From the human T2T-CHM13v2.0 reference genome, Homo sapiens: a stretch of 64,000 nucleotides of DNA. The stretch lies in NCBI RefSeq assembly GCF_009914755.1, contig NC_060939.1, one strand, 5' to 3'. How positions within the stretch are numbered: position 1 is the stretch's first letter; each line of letters opens with the position of its first letter. A model generated the notes under the pieces. That model was not told the origin of the DNA, did no database searches, and saw only the letters and a program-made list of their open reading frames with translations. A program made the position numbers and the translations under genes. Below are positions 54,973 through 64,000 of the stretch, piece after piece.

Positions 54973-56849
54973 ATGATCTTATATCTAGACAACCCTAAAC
55001 ACTCTGCCAAAAAATACTTAGATTTCATAAATGAATTCAGCAAAGTTTCAATATACAAAATCAATGTACAGGAATCAGTAGCATTTTTATACACCAATAA
55101 CAATCTAGTTGAGGACTGACTCAACAAAGCAATCCCATTTATAATAGCTACAATAAAAAATAGAATGTATTAACCAAGGATGCGAAAGATCTCTACAAGG
55201 AGCACTCCGAAACACTGATGAAAGAAGTTGTGGATGACACAAACTAATGGAAAAAGATCACATATTCATAAATTAGAAAAATCCATATCATTAAGGTGAC
55301 CATACTGCCCAAAGCAATCTAAAGATTTGACATAATTTCTATTGAATTGCCAACATAATTTTCACAGAATTAGAAAAAATTTCTAAAATTCATATTAGAC
55401 CAAAACAAAGCCTGAACAGCCAAAGCAATTCAAGGAAGAAAAAAAAGTTCAAGGTATCACATTACCTGACTTCAAATTATACCACAAGGCTATAGTAGCC
55501 AAAACAGTACTGGCATAAAAACAGAAACATGTATCAGTGGAACAGACTAGAGAACCAGAAATAAAGCCACATATGTACAACCAACTGGTCTTGGACAAAG
55601 TAAACAAAAATATATGCTGGAGAAAGGACACCTTATTCAATAAATGATGCTGGGATAATTGGATAGCCACATATGGAAGAATGAAACTGGACTTGTACTT
55701 CTCACCATACACAAAAAATAATTCAAGATGGATTAAAGACCTAAAAGTAACACATGAAACTATAAAGACCATAGAAGAAAACCTAGGAAAAAAGTCTTCT
55801 GGACATTGGCCTAAGCAAATAATTTATTCAAAAGGAAACACAACCAAAAAAAAAAAATAGACAGATGGGACTTAATTAAGCTAAAAAGCTTCTGCAGGGC
55901 AAAAGAAAAGAAATAATCAACAGAACAAACAACCTACAGATGAGGACAAATATTTGCAAACTAAGCATCCGACAAAGGGCTAATATCCAGGATCTACAAA
56001 GAACTCAAACAACTCAGCAAAAAACCCAAATAACTCCATGCAAATGTGGGCAAAAGACATTAACAGACATTTTTCGAAGAAAGATAAACAGCCAACAAAC
56101 ATATGAAAAAATGCTGAACATTACTAATCATCAGGGAAATGCAAATTAAAACCATAATGAGATATCATCTTACACCAGTCAGGCCATTATTAAAGGTCAA
56201 AAAACAATAGATGTTAGCAAGAATGTGGAGAAAAGAAAACTCTTATACGCTGTTGGTGGAAATGGAAATTACTACAACCTTAATGGAAAACAGTATAGAA
56301 ATTTCTCAAGTAACTAAAAATAGAACTACCATTTGACCCAACAATTACACTACTGGCATCTACCCAAAGAGAAAGAAATCACTACAACAAAAAGATACCT
56401 GCATGCATATATTTATTGCAGCACTATTCACAATAGCAAAGTCATGAAATCAGACCAAGTGTCAATCAGCGGTTGACTGGATAAAGAAAATGTGTTACAT
56501 CAAGGAATACTATTCAGTCATGAATAAGAATGAAATCAGGTCTTTTGCAGCAATATGTTTGGACATGGTGGCCATGATCTTAACTGAATAACTCAGAAAC
56601 AGTGAGTCAAATGCTGCATGTTCTCACTTATAAGTGGAAGCTAAACAATGGGTGCAAATGGACCTACAGGGTGGAATAATAGACCTTGGAGACTCAGAAA
56701 GGTGGGACATTGGAAAATTACCTACTGGGTACAAAGTTCACTATTTGAGTTATGGGTACAGTAAAAGCCCAGACTTCACCACTACACAATAGATGCATGT
56801 AAGAAATCTGCGCTTATATCCCGATATATATAAAAATAAGAAATTAAAA
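54973..56849 (+). mobile_element. L1PB ORF2 C-terminus and 3'UTR (sense part), non-coding
   Basis: ATGATCTTATATCTAGA.AACCCTAAA; ACCTGACTTCAAATTATAC; L1PB-type 3' end AAAAGCCCAGACTTCACCACTA. Confidence 0.92.
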
Positions 56850-57320
<471 letters not shown>

Positions 57321-57910
57321 CTATTTAGTATATAGCACAAGTATGTTGAACATGAGTCTTTAAGTACCAAGTTACAAAAACATCACAATACTTGAGCCAA
57401 TGTCTACAGGATATAAATAAAAAGAGAAATAAACAGAAAAAGCACTGGCTATGAAAGAGAAATAACACAATGATAGTGCATAGCAGACAATATAACTTTT
57501 TCTATGTCTCCATGAAAAATTTATAAAAACCGGCCATATTAGGGAACAGAAAATTATTAAAAGGAGAACTACAGAACAAATTATCTAAGTAATATAAAAT
57601 TTGAATACAATTTTTAAGTGCAACAAAATATTTTGAACCATTAATTTTAAAAATTGATATTTATCTTAGGTTAATAAAAAACAAGAATGTTAAACCTCAG
57701 ATTCCAAAATATCATGAAAATAAAAATGACAACACTAGAATATGACTAAATCTGTGTGGGGAGGCAAATTTTTATTAGACATTCACATTATTGAATAAGA
57801 ATGTGAAAAAGTAAATGAACTAAATATCCAGCTCAATAAGAAAAAAAACAAAAAATAAATATAAGAAAAGGAGAAGGAAAAATCTAATTAAGATTAGGAG
57901 TACATAATAA

Positions 57911-58251
<341 letters not shown>

Positions 58252-59102
58252 TTGGTTCTATCTTTAGAACCAGATCAACTACCGACAAATCTAACTTGGA
58301 AAGAAAATCTACCATACAAATATAACACACACGTATATATTCAGCAGTGCGCATAAAAAAACAGCGACTAAACATAGATGATGTAGATGAAGTCTTTACT
58401 TATTGAAATTGACTCAAACGAGATAGAGATCTAAGTAGCATTTCTCAATCCTGGCTGCACATTAGAATTATGGAAGTAGGAGGAGGTTGGTTTAAAAATA
58501 AAAGCTTAACCAAACTAAACTAATGTATGCACATACCCCCAGATATTCTAATTTAACTGTTTATGTTGAGCTTCAGCATAAGGATTTTCGAAAGAAATCT
58601 CTAAGTGACTGCAATATGCCCCAAAACTTAAGATGATTTCTATAAGAAATTTCTTAAAGAAATTAAGAAAGCTGTCTAAGAGCTTTATATCCTAAAAAGC
58701 ACCAGGCCCACTGATACAAATTCCTTTCACATTATTAAAGAAAAGGTTATGCTGATGCCATTTTAAATGTTTCATTGCAAAAGAAAAACATCCAAAATCA
58801 TATTTGTAAGGCCAGCATAATAATCATACCAAATCATAGAAGGTCTGCATAAAAACTGAAGAAATAAAACTTGGTACAGTCTCACATCCTATCAAAGAAT
58901 TGAGCAGAACATTATAAGAAAAATATGCTACAGTGAAGAAAAGTTTGTACCAAGATGCAAGAATAGATTCTCAATAGGAAATCTATTAAAAGAACTCACC
59001 ATATTGAAAGTTCAAGAAAAAGTCATAAATATCTCAACAGACATCAAGATGGCATTTAATGAGTTGATGGCCATGCACAATTTAAAATCAAATTAATCAT
59101 TT

Positions 59103-59519
59103 TACTATGCAGCCATAAAAAATGATGAGTTCATGTCCTTTGCAGGGACATGGATGAAATTGGAAATCATCATTCTCAGCAAACTCTCGCAAGAACAAAA
59201 AACCAAACACCGCATATTCTCACTCATAGGTGGGAATTGAACAATGAGATCACATGGACACAGGAAGGGGAACATCACACTCTGGGGACTGTGGTGGGGT
59301 GGGGGGAGGGGGGAGGGATAGCATTGGGAGATATACCTAATGCTAGATGACGAGTTAGTGGGTGCAGCGCACCAGCATGGCACATGTATACCTATGTAAC
59401 TAACCTGCACATTGTGCACATGTACCCTAAAACTTAAACTATAATAATAATAAAAAAAGAAAAAAAAACAATAACAATCACTTTAAGCATAAAAAAATAA
59501 AGTTTTGTTTAAAATTAAA
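59103..59519 (+). mobile_element. L1PA2/L1PA3 3' fragment with probable 3' transduction
   Basis: Young L1 3'UTR (GATGACGAGTTAGTGGG, G-rich tract). TSD AAATTAATCATTTTA at 59090-59104 and 59520-59534. Confidence 0.93.
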
Positions 59520-61116
59520 AAATTAATCATTTTATTTCAATAGATAGGTGAACACTTGCTCAACATGTTAAAAATATTATACATATTAAACCAAAGCCAG
59601 CCTTATGCTTAATTGTGAAATACCAGAAATATTTACATTAAAGGTACAAACTAGGTGAGGATTTCATCTAATACTACCAGTAAATGGTGGGGCTCCAATG
59701 TGAACACAGATCTGTTCTGTCTATTGTGGATAATGATTTCCAAGAAGAATCAAATCAATACATCAATCAATTCATCAATGATACTATTTTGTGAAAAGAT
59801 AAATTAAAAACCAGTATTATATGTCTTTGTAACAAAACCCCAAAACCATGAAAACTTAGATTTGCATATTTATCTCATATTGATGTGTTTTTATATACAC
59901 AGAAAAAAGTCTGAAAAATCACACACAAAGTTTTTACCATGATGAGAGAGAGGGGGAGCATTGCAAGGGAATATTAATTACTTTTTATTGTTTATAAAGT
60001 GTTTATATATTCTTTGAGGTCCCCCCACTTCCTGTCCCCAAGGGATGTGTATTACTTTCATAATCAGGAAAAATGACAAATTTCCAATATAGACAAAAAA
60101 TTAAATGAGTCACATAGAAATATTAAGGCAATTATTACTTATGAAAATATTCCTATGGCACAAGTAGAAGCATGATTCCCCCACCAGTAAAGCCAAGAAA
60201 AATAATCTAAGGAGATGTTTTAATACTATTTAAAAATTCAAATAGTGGATACTTCTTTTGCAGACTCCTTTGAATAAAACAATACTTTCATCGAAATCTG
60301 TGTTCTCTTACGTTGATACGTTGATGAGTGTTTGAGAGATTATTTAAACGTTCTTTTCCCGGGAGAAAACCAAAGGCAAACTGTTGCCGTCCCGGCCCCC
60401 AGTCATCCCCTTCTGACCCCCTCCAGCCCAACTTCTGGTCTTCCTAACTCTTCCAGGAACACAGAAGCTGCTAGCTGGCAGGCCGAGGTTGAATTTGGCT
60501 CACAGTTGTATTTTGTTTGTCCTGCTGTAAATTACTGGTGTTAGTTGCCAATATTGGAGATTTGGGAAACTCCACAAGAAAATATCCAGTCTTCTTAAAA
60601 ATCTGGAGACTCTGGTAGGGCTGACCCATAGTCTTGCCTGGGAATGGTCAGAGCCCCGGGCAAGTGCTGCTGGCTGCTTTACAGGAGGCCTCCAGCTCCT
60701 GGTGTCCTTGGTCCCCTGAAGGACTGCACCCTAGGGGAATGGATTTGTGCCTTACAAATCGTTACAAACCTTACAAACCTTTCAAAGCCTGCATCTAGCC
60801 CTCATCTGAAGTCATTAACCATTGACAAAGATGGATTGTGTCATCCTATTCGTGGAAATTTTTCATTTTATGAGAAAGCAAACCTATAAAAACATTTCTG
60901 CTCACATTTCAGGTACTAACCTGTCAAGAGATATACTGTTTTACCTGAAACAACACAAATCCCATAGTGGATGTGATCTTTTAAACAGTCACCTTTAGAA
61001 AATTCTGAGAAAGTAAAGCTTGCTTTTAAATCAAGTTGGGTTATAAGGCTTTTTCAATTAGAAAAACAGTCTAAGTAGTTTTTGGAGCCTTCTAGTCAAC
61101 TCAGAACACCGTGCAA

Positions 61117-61190
61117 TGCTGTCACCTTGTGGCTAAGTCCATGAAATAGCCCCAGCACCATTTCATGAAATCATGTTGCCATCTTGTGGG
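61117..61190 (-). promoter_or_regulatory. Two tandem CTCF-like motifs
   Basis: Minus strand reads GCCACAAGGTGACAGCA (61117-61133) and CCCACAAGATGGCAACA (61174-61190). Confidence 0.55.
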
Positions 61191-61901
61191 CTATTCTAAG
61201 ACAGCATGACGTGTACTAAAGAGCTCAAAGGCCCGGAACTTAACTTGACTATGGAAATAGCCACCCAACGGTCCACAAGTGACACTAACAGTGGCTAATT
61301 ATCTGTGGATAGCTGCAACATTACCAGTTCAATGTCTATGACGCCATAGAATCTTGGTGCTACAAACAAATGCAGATTTGTACCCAAGAGAGTTGAGAAC
61401 CAGTTATCTTCGAGAATAAGAGAACGCAATCATGCATCTGAAATGGTTTGGATTAATGATTCTCGACTGTTTTTTGCTGGCTGCTTCAGAATCAACGGAG
61501 GTGCTTGTCAGAAACCCATGTCTTGGATTCCAGCTCAGAAACTCTGATTAAGTGTGTCTTGGGCTGATCTCCAATATCTGTATTTTTAAGAACCCATTTG
61601 GTGACTTGGTGAGCACTCTGATTCATGAACCTGGGTAACATGCCAGCTAGTGGCACTAGATTACATTCATCTGTGTGTTCAAAATTTGCTGAGTGTTTAG
61701 GTGCAGTGTGCTGAGTTAGTTTTGATTTCAAATTAAAGAGCCCTCATTGCTTCAAGATGTGCACTCTTAAATGAGGAGATACAAGCATGCAATTAAAGTA
61801 AGAAAGGCAATTTAGATTATGCGAGAGCGTCCAAAGGGTAGCAGAAGAGGGATCCCCACAAGTTTTCTCCAGTGAGAACACAGTGGCTTTCAAGGAACGT
61901 A

Positions 61902-62339
61902 CTGTTGACCCTTGACAACACGGGTTTGAATTACATGGATCCACTTATCAGTGGATTTTTTTTTCACCTCTGCCACTCCTGAGACAATAAAACCAACCCC
62001 TCCTCTTCTTCCTTCTCCTCAGCCTACTCAATAGGAAAATGAAGAGGATAATTTTTATAATGATCTACATCCACTTCCACTTAATGAACAGCAAATATAT
62101 TTTCTCTTCCTTATGATTGTCTTAATAACATTTTTTTCTCTAACATACTTCATTGTAAGAATACAGTATGTAACACATACACAAAATATTTGTTAATCAA
62201 CTGTATGTTATTGGTAAGGCTTTTGGTCAACAGCAGACTATTAGTATTTACATTTTTGAGGAATCAAAAATTATATGCAGATTTTCAACTGCAAGGGGTT
62301 TGGTGCCTCTAAACCCCTGCATCGTTCAAGAGTCAACTG
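61902..62339 (+). mobile_element. Tigger2a
   Basis: TA-CTGTTGACCCTTGACAACACGGGTTTGAA ... TTCAAGAGTCAACTG. Confidence 0.92.
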
Positions 62340-62664
62340 TGTATAAAGAAAGATCCAGGTACTTGCAAGGCAGACATGTGGGAGTGGAAGGCAAATATCA
62401 TTCTAAGTAAAGAAAATAAATGCAACATGGTACCAAGGCATGCAGGAGCATGCCATTTCTGAGAATCTATAAGGACTACTATGTTTTTGGCAAACAATAA
62501 TGGAAACGACCCAAAGGAGCAAGGAACCACATCCATAGGCTTGTAGACCTTGCCAAAAAGTGGACATTTCATCATGTAAAGGAGCCACAGGGCATTTGCA
62601 CAGAGAGAGACAATATCCAACTTGTGTTTACAATAAGTAAACACAATAATGCTTGTGTTTGGAC

Positions 62665-63648
62665 TATTGGACATCGCTTTATTTTGCTTTGCAGATATTG
62701 TGTGTATGTGTGTGTGTGTTTTACAAATTAAAGGTTTGTTGGAACCCTGTATTGAGAAAGTTCATTGGCACCATTTTCTAACAGCATTTGCCCACTTCAT
62801 GTCTTTGTGTCACATTTTGGCAATTCTCACAATATTTCAACCTACTTCATTATAATTGTATTCATTATGGTGATCTATGATCACTGACTTTTGATGTTAC
62901 TATTGCAGTTGTTTTGAGATGCCACAAGCCATGCCCATAGAAGACAGCAAAGGTGATTGATGAATGGTGTGCATATTATGATGGGGGTTGTTGCCCCCTC
63001 TGTCTCCTTCTCCCCAGGCCTCCTACTTCCTTGAGACATAACAATATTGGAATTAGGCCAATTAAGTGTTTGAGGGAAAGGAAGAGTACTACATCTCTCA
63101 CTATTTTCTTTTTAAGTTCTGGGGTACATGTGCAGGATGTGCAGGTTTGTTACATAGGTAAACGTGTTCCATGGTGGTTTGCTGCACCCATCAACCCATC
63201 ACCTAGGTACTAAGCCGGGCATCCATTAGCTCTTTTTCTAATGCCATCCCCACCCCCTGCCCTCCCCTGACAGCCCCCAGTAAGTGTTGTTCCCCTCTCT
63301 GTGTCCATGTGTTCTCATTGCTCAGCTCCCTCTTATAAGTGAGAACATGTTGTGTTTGGTTTTCTGTTCCTGTGTTAGTTTGCTGAGGATAACAGCTTCC
63401 AGCTTCATCCATGTCCCAGTAAAGGACATGATCTTGTTCCTTTTCATGGCTGCATATTTTTCCATGAATTGATTAAGCTTACTAAGGAAGGCATGTCAAA
63501 AGCAGAGGTAGGCCAAAGGCTAGGTCTCTTGTATCGGTTAGCCAAGTTGTGAATGCAAAGGAAAAGTTGTTGGAGGAAATGAATAGTGCTATTCCAGTGA
63601 ACACATGAATGATAAAAAAGAAAACAGCCTTATTGCTGATATGGAAAA
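62665..63648 (+). mobile_element. Tigger1 5' fragment interrupted by an L1PA
   Basis: TTTACAAATTAAAGGTTTG; TGATTAAGCTTACTAAGGAAGGCATGTC; GTTGTGAATGCAAAGGAAAAG. Confidence 0.88.
63104..63466 (-). mobile_element. L1PA8-11-type 3' fragment
   Basis: AAGTTCTGGGGTACATGTGCAGGATGTGCAGGTTTGTTACATAGGTAAACGTG; CAACCCATCACCTAGG. Confidence 0.9.
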
Positions 63649-63820
63649 CAAGCAGCCAGAGAAGTAAGAAGAAAACAGGATAGATGAAGTGGGAAGAGGA
63701 CTTTAGAGAAGCAGGGGTTGCCAACAGCATCAAATGTTTCATAGTAGTCTACTCAGATGAGGAAGTGTTTGTAAGATTGCAGAGGTAACACCATGATTTA
63801 GCAAAAGCAGTTGTTAGTGG

Positions 63821-64000
63821 TGTTACTGGAAAGGGGTCCCAATCTAGACGGCAAGAGAGAGTTCTTGGACCTTGCTCATGAAAGAATTCCGCGAGTTCAT
63901 AAAGTGAAAGCAAGTTTATTAGGAAACTAAAGAAATAAAAGAATGGCTACTCTATAAACAGAGCAGCTCTGAAGGCTGCTGGCTGGCTATTTTTATGATT
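63821..64000 (-). mobile_element. MER41-type ERV1 LTR (runs off the window end)
   Basis: TGTTACTGGAAAGGGGTCCC..CAAGAGAGAGTTCTTGG..AAAGTGAAAGCAAGTTTATT. Confidence 0.8.

Noticed and set aside
53652-56650. L1 ORF2 reverse transcriptase coding potential
   Set aside because: Truncated, partly inverted, and full of stops and frameshifts.

Overview
Human genomic DNA: a human-specific AluYb8-lineage element lies at 42685-43016. The window is AT-rich, repeat-rich and apparently non-coding (intergenic or deep intronic). I recognise no protein-coding gene and cannot place the locus. The ORFs in the track are short and come from Alu/L1/LTR repeats, low-complexity tracts or chance. Much of the window is recognisable transposon sequence: Alus (J, S, Y, Yb8), L1 fragments of several ages, L2/MIR, MaLR/ERV LTRs, and DNA transposons (MADE1, MER6A, Tigger1/2a, MER5, MER58, MER63, MER91, MER96). 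Repeat family names are from memory of consensus sequences and need RepeatMasker/Dfam confirmation. The most notable non-routine items are: (1) a 1.4-kb 3'UTR-only processed retrocopy with poly(A) and a 14-bp TSD, probably from PTP4A2; (2) an ERV1 LTR flanked by a ~110-bp duplication instead of a short TSD; (3) an L1PA2/3 fragment with a probable 3' transduction; (4) a twin-primed L1PB; (5) a near-identical 43-bp inverted copy of L1 sequence; (6) several candidate cis-regulatory clusters (CTCF, AP-1, ETS-IRF, DR5, G4). I found no convincing new biological system.
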